Shown here: positions 30,554 through 41,052 of the stretch, piece after piece
How the letters are laid out: the number at the start of each line of letters is the position of its first letter
Position numbering within the stretch: the stretch's first letter is position 1
DNA from: Candidatus Levyibacteriota bacterium
GTDB lineage: Bacteria; Patescibacteriota; Microgenomatia; Levybacterales; UBA12049
Direction of reading: 5' to 3'
Assembly: GCA_043807135.1 (NCBI GenBank)
Contig: JAZDGF010000001.1
Location: forward strand, 4,573 to 68,572
Length of the DNA: 64,000 nucleotides
Made by a program: the position numbers and the translations under genes
Notes under the pieces: model-generated
The model's input: the letters and a program-made list of their open reading frames with translations, nothing else
What the model was told of the DNA's origin: nothing
The model's database searches: none

Positions 30554-31405
30554 TTAAATATTTTTTGTCAACAAATTAATTACTTTAGGTATTTCGTCTA
30601 TTAGATCTGAAGCATTAAAATAAAAGCCAACTTTTTTAAAAAGTGCGTCTCCTGCTTTTTTGTTTACATACGATCCTGCTAAAGCTGCTAAAAATGCATC
30701 ATTTTTGCAATACAGGGAAGACACAAGCCCTGCGAGAACGTCACCTGTTCCTCCTTTTGTCATACCTGCATTTCCACCTTTAATAAAAACCGTTCTTTCT
30801 CCGTTTGAAACAATATCTTCTTTTCCTTTTAAAATAATTATGCATTTATGTTTTTTTGCAAACTCTTCTACTTTTTTAGAAACTTCATCTTTTTGTTCTA
30901 AATCTAATTTAAGACTAAAAAGCTTTTCAAATTCTTTTCTATGAGGCGTAAGAATTGCGTTTTCAGGAATAAATTCGGGGTCAATTGTCTGCAGAGATCC
31001 TCCATCTATTACCCATTTTTTAGAAGGATATTTTTTAAATAAGTTCTCAGTTAATAATTTTGTATTATTATCACTCTCCTCTTCTCCATCTTCTCTTGGA
31101 AGACCTGGCCCAATTAAAATACAATCTGCTTCGGTTATATAATTATCAATTTTTTCTCTAGAAACAATTATTCCGTCTCTAAACTCTTCTTTTTCCTTTT
31201 GTACAATTTCATTATTTTGCGGAACTGAGGAATAAAAAACCATATCAACAATTCTACTTGCAATTTTTAAAGACCAAAGCGATGCCGCATGGAAAAGATT
31301 GGATCCTCCAATTACCATTAATTTTCCATTTTGTCCTTTATGAGAAGAGGGGTATGGAATAAATAATTTTTTAAGATTTTTCTCATTAAACTCTTGCATA
31401 ATCAT
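30554..31405 (-). CDS. NAD(P)H-hydrate dehydratase (YjeF C-terminal/carbohydrate kinase-like)
   Basis: GGNAGMTKGGTGDVLAGLVSSL motif. Confidence 0.7.
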   Translation of the reverse strand: MIMQEFNEKNLKKLFIPYPSSHKGQNGKLMVIGGSNLFHAASLWSLKIASRIVDMVFYSSVPQNNEIVQKEKEEFRDGIIVSREKIDNYITEADCILIGPGLPREDGEEESDNNTKLLTENLFKKYPSKKWVIDGGSLQTIDPEFIPENAILTPHRKEFEKLFSLKLDLEQKDEVSKKVEEFAKKHKCIIILKGKEDIVSNGERTVFIKGGNAGMTKGGTGDVLAGLVSSLYCKNDAFLAALAGSYVNKKAGDALFKKVGFYFNASDLIDEIPKVINLLTKNI

Positions 31406-31411
31406 ATTTTA

Positions 31412-32485
31412 CTACTTTTTAAACTCAATTATCTTCACTTTATTAATAATTTTACTAGGAATTAATTCTTTATGTGCTGTTGTAATAATAGTTTGCTGTT
31501 TTTGAATCATTTCTAATACTAAGTTTATATGCTCTTCATCAAGCTCTGAAAAAATATCATCCAAGAGTAAGACTGGTCTTAAATTAAGCTCTTTTTCAAT
31601 ATATAAAAGCTCTAAAAGCTTTAGCTGTAGAATTGTCAATCTTTGCTGTCCTCTTGATCCATAGAACTTAATATCATGAGTTGTTCTCCTTTTGTCATCA
31701 TACATCGAGAAAGAAAAATCATCTCTATGTGGACCAACTAAGGTAACCCCTGCTCCAAGCTCTGCATCCTTATATTGAAGAAGTCTTGCTTTAGAAATTG
31801 AACTTTTATCGTAAAATGCAACAAAATCAAATATTTCTTTCTCACAAGTGTTTACAAAATTTATAAACTCTTCTCTTTTCTTAGTAATTTTTTCACCATT
31901 TTCTATAACTAAATGGTCCCAATATTCAAACTGTTTTTCATTTCTTCTTCCTTCTTCTCTAGCAATGCTTAAAAGAGCATTTCTTTGTCTTATTCCTTTA
32001 ATATATGCTGTTAAAGAAAGCCTGTATTCTCTATCAACTTGCTCAAGTACATTATCCAAGAATTTCCTTCTTAAAGAAGGTGAATCAACAATAATGTCTA
32101 AATCTTCGGGAGAAAATAAAACAGCAGAAAGATTTTCGGCAAAATCTACTCTTCTTTTAGAAACTCCGTTAACTAAGAATTTTTTGCTAACTCCTACTCT
32201 TTTGCTAAACTGACCAGCTGAAAGCACAGCTTCAATTTCATTTTCTTCACTTACTCCTTTTTTAACAATTCCTTTTATTCTTACTATTTCTTCTCCAAAC
32301 TTAATAAGCTGTTCGTCATTTTCAGCACGAAAGCTTTTGCCAAGAGAAAGATAAAAAATAGCTTCAATAAGGTTTGTTTTGCCTGAAGTATTTGGTCCAA
32401 CAACAACCGTGGTATCTTTATCAAATTTAAATTCGCTTTTTTGATAACTCCTGAAATTATTAAGAGAAATAGACTTTAAATTCAT
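31412..32485 (-). CDS. recF: DNA replication and repair protein RecF
   Basis: Walker A VVVGPNTSGKTNLIEAI and an SMC-like signature near the C-terminus. Confidence 0.9.
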   Translation of the reverse strand: MNLKSISLNNFRSYQKSEFKFDKDTTVVVGPNTSGKTNLIEAIFYLSLGKSFRAENDEQLIKFGEEIVRIKGIVKKGVSEENEIEAVLSAGQFSKRVGVSKKFLVNGVSKRRVDFAENLSAVLFSPEDLDIIVDSPSLRRKFLDNVLEQVDREYRLSLTAYIKGIRQRNALLSIAREEGRRNEKQFEYWDHLVIENGEKITKKREEFINFVNTCEKEIFDFVAFYDKSSISKARLLQYKDAELGAGVTLVGPHRDDFSFSMYDDKRRTTHDIKFYGSRGQQRLTILQLKLLELLYIEKELNLRPVLLLDDIFSELDEEHINLVLEMIQKQQTIITTAHKELIPSKIINKVKIIEFKK

Positions 32486-32536
32486 TGTTAGACTGATATT
32501 ATATTAGCAAATTAAAAACGAAGCAAATATGAAGGC

Positions 32537-33241
32537 TTATTCTATTACTGTTCCAACAAATTTTTTGCCTGCAAAATAATTTTTAAGGTTTTCAAAGTCA
32601 CCATTCATCACTATTACTTTTACTCCTAACTCTTCTGCTTTTTTTGCGGCAATCGGACCAAAAGGAGCGCTCATTCCAGGAGTCCACTTATCACCAACCA
32701 ACTTTCTAAAATCCTTCCAGGAAATTTTGTTAATTGGCTTTGCATCTTTAAATTTTTTAGGATCTTTATCATAAACTTGAGCAATGTTACTTAGGTTTAT
32801 AATAGTTTTTGGTCCATAGTCTTCACAAAGAACAACAGCATCATAATCTGTTGACCAACCAGGTTTCCAACCTGAAGCAACAACTACTTTCTCCGTAACC
32901 TTTTGTATAACCTCGTAGTCTTTAATCGTAATAGGATGAGCAATATCTCTAAAAATTGTTCTCACTAAATGACCGTTTAAGCGAGTACAATGAATAGCAA
33001 GCCAATCCAAATCATCATTTGATAATTCATGCCCCACAACATCTCTTCCAGCATCAATATAATGGCGTGCTATTCTTCCTCCTCCTGTGACCAAAAAAAA
33101 CTGGCAGTTTTTACTTGCCAGTTGTTCTCTTACAAAGCTATTAAGCTTTTTAAGAAATACAGTATTAATTCCTCCGTTAGGGACAATTAATGATCCCCCA
33201 ATGGACATGACTATTTTTTCTTGAAACCCATTATTAGTCAT
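32537..33241 (-). CDS. Amino-acid kinase family protein (archaeal-type UMP kinase-like)
   Basis: VMSIGGSLI...FLVTGGGRIARHYI pattern. Confidence 0.55.
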   Translation of the reverse strand: MTNNGFQEKIVMSIGGSLIVPNGGINTVFLKKLNSFVREQLASKNCQFFLVTGGGRIARHYIDAGRDVVGHELSNDDLDWLAIHCTRLNGHLVRTIFRDIAHPITIKDYEVIQKVTEKVVVASGWKPGWSTDYDAVVLCEDYGPKTIINLSNIAQVYDKDPKKFKDAKPINKISWKDFRKLVGDKWTPGMSAPFGPIAAKKAEELGVKVIVMNGDFENLKNYFAGKKFVGTVIE

Positions 33242-33323
33242 AAAAAAACTAGTATTTGTCGCGCTTTCCGCTGACTCGTACTAGAAAAGAATCATAACAC
33301 ATTATTTTAATTAAAACAACTTT

Positions 33324-34190
33324 TCATCTTTGACATTTAGGACAAAAGTAGGTTCCTCTTCCTCCTAGTTTTATCTTTTCAATAATTCCATTTCCTTTAG
33401 GACATTTCTGTCCTTTTTTCCCATACACCAAAGCATGATTTTGATAGCTTCCTTCCTGTCCTAATGCATTAACAAAGTTTTCATCAGAAGACCCTCCGTA
33501 TTCCATACTTTTACTTATTACGTAAAAAATTGCATTATAAATATTCTTAACTTCTGATTCTTTTAAATCTTTTCCTTTTCTTCTGGGATCTATTCCAGCC
33601 TTAAAAAGAGCATCGTTTGCATAAATATTACCAATTCCACCAATTCTCTTTTGATCCATTAAAAGCACTTTTATAGATAATTTTCCTTTTTGAACGACTT
33701 TTTTAAAGTATTCAAAGGTTAATTCTTTGCCAAAAATGTCATTTCCTACTTTTGGCTCTGGTCCCATTTCCTTAAAAAAGGGAATTTTCATAAGCTCTTC
33801 TTTTTTTATAACTTTAATCCAACCAAACCTTCTAAGGTCGTTATAGAAAAGAGTGGCGTTTTTATCTAAAGAAATAATGATGTGAGAATATTTGGAAGGA
33901 AGCATATTTCCTCCTGTTTTTTTGGAAAGTTTAATATTTTTAGTTTTATCACTACAATAAATTAGTTGTCCAGTCATTTTTAAATGAATTACCAATAAAT
34001 AATTATTGCTAAGTTCAATAATTAAACCCTTGCCTATCCTTTTTAGATTGGTAATTTTTGCATTAATAACCTTACTTTTGTCGCCAATAAACATTTTGGG
34101 AATTTTTATCTCAATATTTGTAATCTTGTGGCCTATTAAGTATTTTCTTAATCCTATTTTAATTGTTTCAATTTCCGGAAGCTCGGGCAT
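33324..34190 (-). CDS. mutM: Formamidopyrimidine-DNA glycosylase (Fpg/Nei family)
   Basis: N-terminal PELPEIETI and a C-terminal zinc finger CPKCQR. Confidence 0.9.
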   Translation of the reverse strand: MPELPEIETIKIGLRKYLIGHKITNIEIKIPKMFIGDKSKVINAKITNLKRIGKGLIIELSNNYLLVIHLKMTGQLIYCSDKTKNIKLSKKTGGNMLPSKYSHIIISLDKNATLFYNDLRRFGWIKVIKKEELMKIPFFKEMGPEPKVGNDIFGKELTFEYFKKVVQKGKLSIKVLLMDQKRIGGIGNIYANDALFKAGIDPRRKGKDLKESEVKNIYNAIFYVISKSMEYGGSSDENFVNALGQEGSYQNHALVYGKKGQKCPKGNGIIEKIKLGGRGTYFCPKCQR

Positions 34191-34195
34191 AGCAT

Positions 34196-35326
34196 TTATT
34201 TAATGACTTTTAAGTTTACAAAGTCTTTAATTTCTTTTATAAATCTTTCTTTAGAAAATTTATTTGCTTGCTTTATACAATCCTCTCTTATTTCTTTCTC
34301 GTTTTCTTTCCATAATAAGTCTAGTCTTTTCATAGCTAAAGCAATACCTTCTGCAGAATAATTATCAAATAAGACTCCTGTTTTCCCATCTATTACACTT
34401 TCCTTATATCCTCCACCATTAAAAGCAATAACCGGTGTTTCAAAACTCATTGCTTCAATCGGTGTTATTCCAAAATCTTCATCTTTTGCTAAGGCAAAAA
34501 ATGCTTTTGCTTTTTCATATAAACTTATTAACTCTTTGTCCGAAACTTGTCCTAAAAATTCAACTTTTCCATTTGATTTTTTTACCAGGTTTTCATATTC
34601 AAAATAGTATCCTGCAGGAGATCCGGCAATTTTTAATTTAAAATCTCCCTTAAGAGCTGCTTCTATGGCAAGATCAAGTCCTTTTGCACCGACTATTCTT
34701 GAAACTATGAAGTAATAATCTTCTTTTTGAATAGATTTATGTACTTGTAAATTTTTGTTTAATGAAACAGGAGGATAAATTACAACTGAATCTCTTTTGT
34801 AAATCTTCTTTATTCTACCTGCAACCTCTTTAGAATTAGCAATAAATAAGTCTACTTTTTGAGCTCTTTTTAAATCATATTTTCTTAAAAAGAACCCAAC
34901 AATCTTTGCATATATTTTAACTAATAAGTATTTTTGAAAATTAACAGAAGTTTTGTATCCGTAAAGCCAGCGAGGCGGCGTATGGCAATAGCATATTTCA
35001 ATAAATTTACTGTCTCTTTTTTTAAATCCTTTTGTTATATACCAACTTGCAGAAGAAATAACCAGGTCAAATTTAGAAAAATTAAAGCTTTGCCAAATTA
35101 AAGGCGTTAAAAACCTTAAGGGGCTTGCCAATTTTGGAAAAAAAGGAATTTTTGCTATCCAGGATTCAATTATTTTTTTGTTTTTAAAATGACTATATGC
35201 AGTTGATTTTTTGTCACAAAAGGCTGTGTAAATTGGCGCATCTGGATAAATTTCTGTTAATGCTTCAAGCACTCTTTCTGCCCCACCGAATTCTTTAATA
35301 TAATCATGAACAATTGCAACTTTCAT
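34196..35326 (-). CDS. Glycosyltransferase family 4 (GT-B)
   Basis: EDFGITPIEAMSFETPVIA motif. Confidence 0.8.
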   Translation of the reverse strand: MKVAIVHDYIKEFGGAERVLEALTEIYPDAPIYTAFCDKKSTAYSHFKNKKIIESWIAKIPFFPKLASPLRFLTPLIWQSFNFSKFDLVISSASWYITKGFKKRDSKFIEICYCHTPPRWLYGYKTSVNFQKYLLVKIYAKIVGFFLRKYDLKRAQKVDLFIANSKEVAGRIKKIYKRDSVVIYPPVSLNKNLQVHKSIQKEDYYFIVSRIVGAKGLDLAIEAALKGDFKLKIAGSPAGYYFEYENLVKKSNGKVEFLGQVSDKELISLYEKAKAFFALAKDEDFGITPIEAMSFETPVIAFNGGGYKESVIDGKTGVLFDNYSAEGIALAMKRLDLLWKENEKEIREDCIKQANKFSKERFIKEIKDFVNLKVIK

Positions 35327-35329
35327 AAA

Positions 35330-36262
35330 TTAAAAAAATCCTAATTGATCATTTTTTGTTTTTCTGTCTTTTTTGCTCTTTTCTACTTCTTTTGGTTTTA
35401 CCTCGGAAAGTCTATTAATTAAACTTTTAAAATTTAGTTCTTTAAATGATTCAAGAAGACTTTTATTATCAATGTTTCCAGTCATCGTTTTCTGAATATC
35501 CAAGCTAATAGGTGCATCAATTACAATTGTTGCAAGTTTTTTGGCAAGCGCTGCCTGCTCTGCGTCATTTGCAAGTTTCACTGCTAATTTTTCCGGGAGC
35601 TTATTTAAGTTTTTGTATAAGTTCTCAAAAGTTTTGTATTCCTTTAAAAGATTTGCTGCAGTTTTTGGCCCAATTCCCAAAACTCCCGGATAATTATCAG
35701 AAGAGTCTCCCACTAAGGCTTTATAATCAATCATCTGAGAAGGACTAAGTCCGTATTTTTCCTCAACTTTTTCTTTGTCAAATAAAAGCATTTTTGTAAT
35801 TCCTGTTATTGGAGCAAGCATTTTTACGTTTCGGTTTACCAACTGAAGAAGATCTCTATCCCCTGAAACAATAATTACCATTATTTCTTCTTTTTCTTTT
35901 AAAGCTTTTACGGAAATTGTGCCGATTAAATCATCTGCTTCATATCCATCAAGTTCAAAAATCTGTACTTTTGCCTTTTCTAAAATCTCATGGATTAGCC
36001 CTATTTGAGGAACTAAATCATCATCCATTTCTGGTCTTTGCGCTTGATAACCAACGTAAAGTTCTTTCCTGAAAGTTGGTTTTGGCCGATCGAAACAAAC
36101 AGTAAAATAATCGGGCTCAATGTTATTTAAGATTTTAAGAACCATGGAGAAAAATCCATAAACTGCATTTGTTAACTTTCCATCTTTACTATTTAGAGGA
36201 GGCAATGCGTGGTAAGCTCTATGAACAATAGCATTTCCATCAATTAGTATTAATTTCTTCAT
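35330..36262 (-). CDS. 5'-3' exonuclease (Pol I N-terminal/FEN-like)
   Basis: LILIDGNAIVHRAYHA start and acidic metal-site clusters. Confidence 0.85.
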   Translation of the reverse strand: MKKLILIDGNAIVHRAYHALPPLNSKDGKLTNAVYGFFSMVLKILNNIEPDYFTVCFDRPKPTFRKELYVGYQAQRPEMDDDLVPQIGLIHEILEKAKVQIFELDGYEADDLIGTISVKALKEKEEIMVIIVSGDRDLLQLVNRNVKMLAPITGITKMLLFDKEKVEEKYGLSPSQMIDYKALVGDSSDNYPGVLGIGPKTAANLLKEYKTFENLYKNLNKLPEKLAVKLANDAEQAALAKKLATIVIDAPISLDIQKTMTGNIDNKSLLESFKELNFKSLINRLSEVKPKEVEKSKKDRKTKNDQLGFF

Positions 36263-36281
36263 AGGGTTTGATTATAACACC

Positions 36282-36917
36282 TTACTTAACCTGAGAAAGA
36301 AGCTTACGGTAAACAAAAGCATTTGCAACCATTGTTAAAGGAACGGATATAAAAAGACCAACAACTAAAGCAATAAGCCCTGCAAGATTAATAAACATAA
36401 GTAGAAGTGCAAAAAGAAAAAGATTCCATTTAACTCCTTTTGTCATTCTCCAACTTTTTTGAATTGCTTCAACGGGCCCTAAACCTTTATCAACTACTAA
36501 GTAACTTGAAAATTGAATTTTTAAGGCAAAAATTATGCCTGGAACAATAAATAAAACTAAGCCGATTAAAACAATTACGCTACTCATAACTGAGGTTAAA
36601 ATATAATTTATTAAAGAAGGAGTGTAGAAAAGATCGGAGAAAACCGGCTTTTCATGATCTGCAAACTTAATTGCAATCCTGATAAGTCCCATATCTATTA
36701 CCATGTTTACGACAAATACTAAAATGTTACCAATTATAAAAGAAGCTGCATCTTTATTAAAAACAGTAGAGCTTTGAATTAAAGTTGTTAGTGCAAAAAC
36801 CAAGGTAACTATTACAAAAATGCCGATGAAGAATATGATGTTTTTTTTAGCTGTCTGAAAACCAAGTTTTATTGCTTCTTTTTTAGAAAAATGGGTATTG
36901 TTTTTTTTTGCTGCCAT
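36282..36917 (-). CDS. Hypothetical membrane protein
   Basis: 211 aa with multiple TM helices. Confidence 0.4.
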   Translation of the reverse strand: MAAKKNNTHFSKKEAIKLGFQTAKKNIIFFIGIFVIVTLVFALTTLIQSSTVFNKDAASFIIGNILVFVVNMVIDMGLIRIAIKFADHEKPVFSDLFYTPSLINYILTSVMSSVIVLIGLVLFIVPGIIFALKIQFSSYLVVDKGLGPVEAIQKSWRMTKGVKWNLFLFALLLMFINLAGLIALVVGLFISVPLTMVANAFVYRKLLSQVK

Positions 36918-36956
36918 ATAATATATCCACGCCTTATTCTTTTGTAAAAAATTAAA

Positions 36957-38825
36957 CTAACTTACTTTTCTTTTAGCATAGGCAAAAGCTTTTTTAGGAC
37001 CAATTAATCTCTCAAATTCTTCTGATTCTATGGTTTCTTTTTTTAGTAATTCTTCGGCCAACATATCAAGTTTTTTTCTTAATTTACTCAATATTGTAGC
37101 TGCACTCTTGTATCCATCGTCTGTTATTTTTATTACTTGTTCATCTATTTTTGCAGCCATTATCGAAGATATACTAACTGTTTCGTAAGGATTTCGTCTA
37201 TTTGACTTTTCTCCGCTTAAGTTAATTGGACCAAGCTCGCTCATTCCATATTCTTCAACCATCATTCTTGCAATTTCTGTTACTTTTTCAATGTCATTTG
37301 CAGCCCCAGTAGTCATTTCTTTAAAAATCAAGCTTTCTGCTGCTCTTCCACCAAGCATAACAGCAATTTGCTCCAAAAGATAAGTTTTTGTTTCGTGAAC
37401 ATGTTCAACTGGTTCCATCATGGTGTGCCCAAGAGACATACCTCTGCTAACAATTGAGATTCGATGAATAGGATCCATATGTGGCATGTGCCATGAAACA
37501 AGTGCATGTCCTGCTTCGTGATAAGCTGTCATTTTTCGATCCTCTTCTGACTGAAGTCTTTTTTTCTCAGGTCCAAGTTTTACTTTAGTTGCTGCTTCTT
37601 CTAAGTCACTCATGTCAATTGCTGTTTTAGCAAGTCTTGCAGCAAGAATTGCCGCTTCATTTAGCATATTTTCCAAGTCTGCCCCTGAAAATCCAACCGT
37701 TCTTCTGGCAATTTTATCCCAATTAACATTTTTTTCAAAAGGTTTACCGCGTGCATGAATTGAAAGAATTGATTTTCTACCATTTACATCAGGCATGTCT
37801 AAAACAACTCTTCTGTCAAATCTTCCCGGTCTTATTAAAGCTGGATCTAACACGTCCGGTCTGTTAGTTGCTGCAATAACTACTAATTGTTCGGTCGGAG
37901 CAAAACCATCCATTTCTACTAATATTTGGTTTAAAGTCTGTTCGCGCTCATCATGTCCTCCCATTAAACCAGTTCCTCTTTGTCTCCCAATTGCATCTAT
38001 TTCATCAATAAAGATAATTGCCGGCTGAGCTTTTTTAGCATTACTAAATAGATCCCTAACTCTAGAGGCACCAATTCCCACCAGCATCTCCATAAACTCA
38101 GATCCTGCCATGGAGAAAAAGGGTACATTTGCCTCTCCTGCTGTTGCTCTTGCAAGTAAAGTCTTTCCTGTTCCACTTAGGCCAACCATTAAAACACCTT
38201 TTGGGGTGCGTGCACCCATTGCTTTGTACTTCCCAGGATGCTTTAGAAAATCAACAATTTCTGAGAGTTCTTGTTTTGCCTCATCTACCCCAGCAACATC
38301 TGTAAATGTTATTTTGGGAGTATCTTTGCTAAAAAGCTTTGCTCCGGACTTTCCAAAAGAAAAAATGTTTTCCTGTGCTCCTCTTGCTTGACGGAAAATA
38401 AAGTAAAAAAAGGCAACCATTAATAAAACTGGTAAAACTGATCCCAAGATTCCAACCCAGTTGTTAAAAGCTGTATCATCTTTTACCGTTACTTTTGTTT
38501 TATTTAAAGACACTTCCGCATCTTTAAATAGTTGGTATAAGTTTGCGCTTGGTTCTTTAAAACCTTGAATATTTTCTCCGCCCTTTTGCAAAGCTGTAAC
38601 CTTAGTACCATCTACTTCGATTTGACTAACTTTACCGCTTTTTACCTCCTTAATAATTTGGGAAAGAGGAACTGTTTTTACATCTTGAGAATCGTTTGGC
38701 TGGGAAAAACCCATAAAGACAAAAGCTACAAAAAGAAAGAGAGAAAAATAAATAATTATATTTTTCCAAGGAGCTTTTACCTTAGCTGGCTTTAGTTTTC
38801 TGTTGATTTTTCTACCGTTTGCCAT
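36957..38825 (-). CDS. ftsH: ATP-dependent zinc metalloprotease FtsH
   Basis: N-terminal TM, AAA Walker [17 protein letters not shown] region, and protease motif HEAGHAL. Confidence 0.95.
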   Translation of the reverse strand: MANGRKINRKLKPAKVKAPWKNIIIYFSLFLFVAFVFMGFSQPNDSQDVKTVPLSQIIKEVKSGKVSQIEVDGTKVTALQKGGENIQGFKEPSANLYQLFKDAEVSLNKTKVTVKDDTAFNNWVGILGSVLPVLLMVAFFYFIFRQARGAQENIFSFGKSGAKLFSKDTPKITFTDVAGVDEAKQELSEIVDFLKHPGKYKAMGARTPKGVLMVGLSGTGKTLLARATAGEANVPFFSMAGSEFMEMLVGIGASRVRDLFSNAKKAQPAIIFIDEIDAIGRQRGTGLMGGHDEREQTLNQILVEMDGFAPTEQLVVIAATNRPDVLDPALIRPGRFDRRVVLDMPDVNGRKSILSIHARGKPFEKNVNWDKIARRTVGFSGADLENMLNEAAILAARLAKTAIDMSDLEEAATKVKLGPEKKRLQSEEDRKMTAYHEAGHALVSWHMPHMDPIHRISIVSRGMSLGHTMMEPVEHVHETKTYLLEQIAVMLGGRAAESLIFKEMTTGAANDIEKVTEIARMMVEEYGMSELGPINLSGEKSNRRNPYETVSISSIMAAKIDEQVIKITDDGYKSAATILSKLRKKLDMLAEELLKKETIESEEFERLIGPKKAFAYAKRKVS

Positions 38826-38868
38826 AACTATGGGAGTATATCATATTTGAAGCTAGTTTACTAGATTT

Positions 38869-39879
38869 TTAAGAAAATCCTACTCTTTGCTTAACCTCTT
38901 TAATAACCACAGAGGATTTATCCTTTGCAAAGTCTCTTCCTTCATCTAAAACTTTTCTAAGATACCCTTTATCATTTCTAATTTTGTTATATTTTATTTG
39001 GATTTCTCCTAATTTTTCTACTAAAAGATCAGCCAGTTTTGATTTAAACTCCGAATAACTCATACCATCAAGTTTATCAAGAGCTTCTTCAAATGAGCTA
39101 TTACTAAAAGCTGCAAAAATTACTAAAAGATTATGAATTGCTCCTTTTTCATTATGTTTTTCTTTAGAAATGGAGCTTTCTGAATCAGTTACTGCTTTTT
39201 TAATTTTATTTCTTATTTCATCTTCTGAGTCCAGTAAGTGAATTGCTCCAAGAGAATCATTGTCTGATTTGCTCATCTTGTTTTCAGGATCTTGAAGACT
39301 CATAATTCTCCCTGTTTCTTTCTGAATTACAGGTTTTGGCAACTTAAAAACTTCTCCAAATTTATTATTAAACTTTTCCGCCAAGTCACAAGCAAGTTCT
39401 ATATGTTGCTTTTGATCTTCCCCAACAGGCACTTCATCAGTTAAATACAAAAGAATATCTGAAGCCATTAAAACCGGATAATCAAAAAGGCCTGCTGTTG
39501 TTTTTTCTTTTTGATCCTGAGACTTATCTTTAAACTGAGTCATTCGCAAAAGAATACCAAAAGGAGTAATACAATTAAAAATCCAGGTCATGTATGCATG
39601 ATCAGGATTTTCTGATTGAATGAAAATGTGTGATTTCTCCGGATCTATTCCACAAGCTAGATATAAAGCTGCAAATTCTAATATTTTTTCTCTTAGTATT
39701 TTAGGGTCTTGTGGAACGGTAATGGCATGCAAATCAACAATGCAAAAAATATTTTCGTAATTATCCTGCATCTTTTCCCATTGGGAAATTGCACCGATGT
39801 AATTTCCGATATGAAGATTTCCGCTTGGTTGAATCCCTGAAAAAATAATCTTTTTCATACTTTTGATATTATCACACAA
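38869..39879 (-). CDS. trpS: Tryptophan--tRNA ligase
   Basis: HIGH-type (QPSGNLHIGNYIG) and KMSKS motifs. Confidence 0.9.
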   Translation of the reverse strand: MCDNIKSMKKIIFSGIQPSGNLHIGNYIGAISQWEKMQDNYENIFCIVDLHAITVPQDPKILREKILEFAALYLACGIDPEKSHIFIQSENPDHAYMTWIFNCITPFGILLRMTQFKDKSQDQKEKTTAGLFDYPVLMASDILLYLTDEVPVGEDQKQHIELACDLAEKFNNKFGEVFKLPKPVIQKETGRIMSLQDPENKMSKSDNDSLGAIHLLDSEDEIRNKIKKAVTDSESSISKEKHNEKGAIHNLLVIFAAFSNSSFEEALDKLDGMSYSEFKSKLADLLVEKLGEIQIKYNKIRNDKGYLRKVLDEGRDFAKDKSSVVIKEVKQRVGFS

Positions 39880-41041
39880 ACCAACTCTTTTTCATCTTCT
39901 CAAAATTATCACCAAGCATTGCCTCTCTTATCTTCTTTGTTAAATTAATTAAAAAATACGTATTATGGTAACTAGTTAGATGATAAGCTAAAAGCTCCTT
40001 TGCTCTAAAAAGATGGTTTATATATCCCCTGGTGTAATTCTTGCAAACCTTACAGTCACAATTTTTATCAAGTGGCAATTTTGATGCTGCCCATTTTGCT
40101 TTGATTATGTCAAATCTAAATTTATTTTTTATATTTCCCTCGTCTGGGGATATGAAAACAAAACCGGTTCTACCAAGCCTAGTTGGAATAACGCAATCAA
40201 AAGTATCCACTCCGCGTTCAATAACTTCAAAAATATCATCCACTTCCCCAACGCCCAATAAGTGCCTTGGTTTTTCATCTGGAAGATACGGCATAACCCA
40301 ATCTAAAACGTCATAAATAGCTTTTTTTGATTCACCAGCGTTTGCTACTCCACCAATAGCAATTCCATCAAAATCCAGAGATGTTATAAAGTCTGTTGAA
40401 AGTTTTCTTAATCGTTTAAAAGCAGCCCCCTGAATTACTCCATATAGAAATTGGTTTCTTTTAGAATGTTTCTTATGATATTTAAGTGACCGTTCCTCCC
40501 ATTGATGAATTCTTGGGAGAACCTTTTCTACCTGTTTCTCTGTTAAGAAATAAGATAAGCATTCATCAAAAGAAACAATTAGGTCTGCACCTAATTTATG
40601 CTGAATGCGAATTGATTCTTCTGGGGTAAAATAACGAAGCGAACCGTCCAGATGAGAACGAAACCTTACTCCATCATTTGTAATCTTAATTAGCTTTGGC
40701 TTTGCAGGATCTTTTTCCTGCCTTCTATCTCCCAGAGAAAATGCCTGAAATCCACCGCTATCTGTTATTGTTGGACCATTCCAACTCATAAATTTAGAAA
40801 GTCCGCCCATTTTTTCAACTACATCTTCTCCTGGACGAAGATGTAAGTGATAAGTGTTGCCAAATAAAAGTTCTACTCCAATTTCTTTTAAGTCTTCTGC
40901 GCTTAAAGCTTTTACTGTTGCCTGAGTTCCAACAGGGGTAAAACAAGGAGTGTTTATAGTTCCATGAGGCGTAGTAATTTTCCCAACTCTTGCTTTTGTT
41001 TTTTTGTCTTTTTTTATGATTTTGAAGCTAAATTTAGTCAT
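39872..41041 (-). CDS. tgt: Queuine tRNA-ribosyltransferase
   Basis: TDSGGFQAFSLG motif and zinc site CDCKVC...H. Confidence 0.9.
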   Translation of the reverse strand: MTKFSFKIIKKDKKTKARVGKITTPHGTINTPCFTPVGTQATVKALSAEDLKEIGVELLFGNTYHLHLRPGEDVVEKMGGLSKFMSWNGPTITDSGGFQAFSLGDRRQEKDPAKPKLIKITNDGVRFRSHLDGSLRYFTPEESIRIQHKLGADLIVSFDECLSYFLTEKQVEKVLPRIHQWEERSLKYHKKHSKRNQFLYGVIQGAAFKRLRKLSTDFITSLDFDGIAIGGVANAGESKKAIYDVLDWVMPYLPDEKPRHLLGVGEVDDIFEVIERGVDTFDCVIPTRLGRTGFVFISPDEGNIKNKFRFDIIKAKWAASKLPLDKNCDCKVCKNYTRGYINHLFRAKELLAYHLTSYHNTYFLINLTKKIREAMLGDNFEKMKKSWFV

Positions 41042-41052
41042 TAAAGCTAATT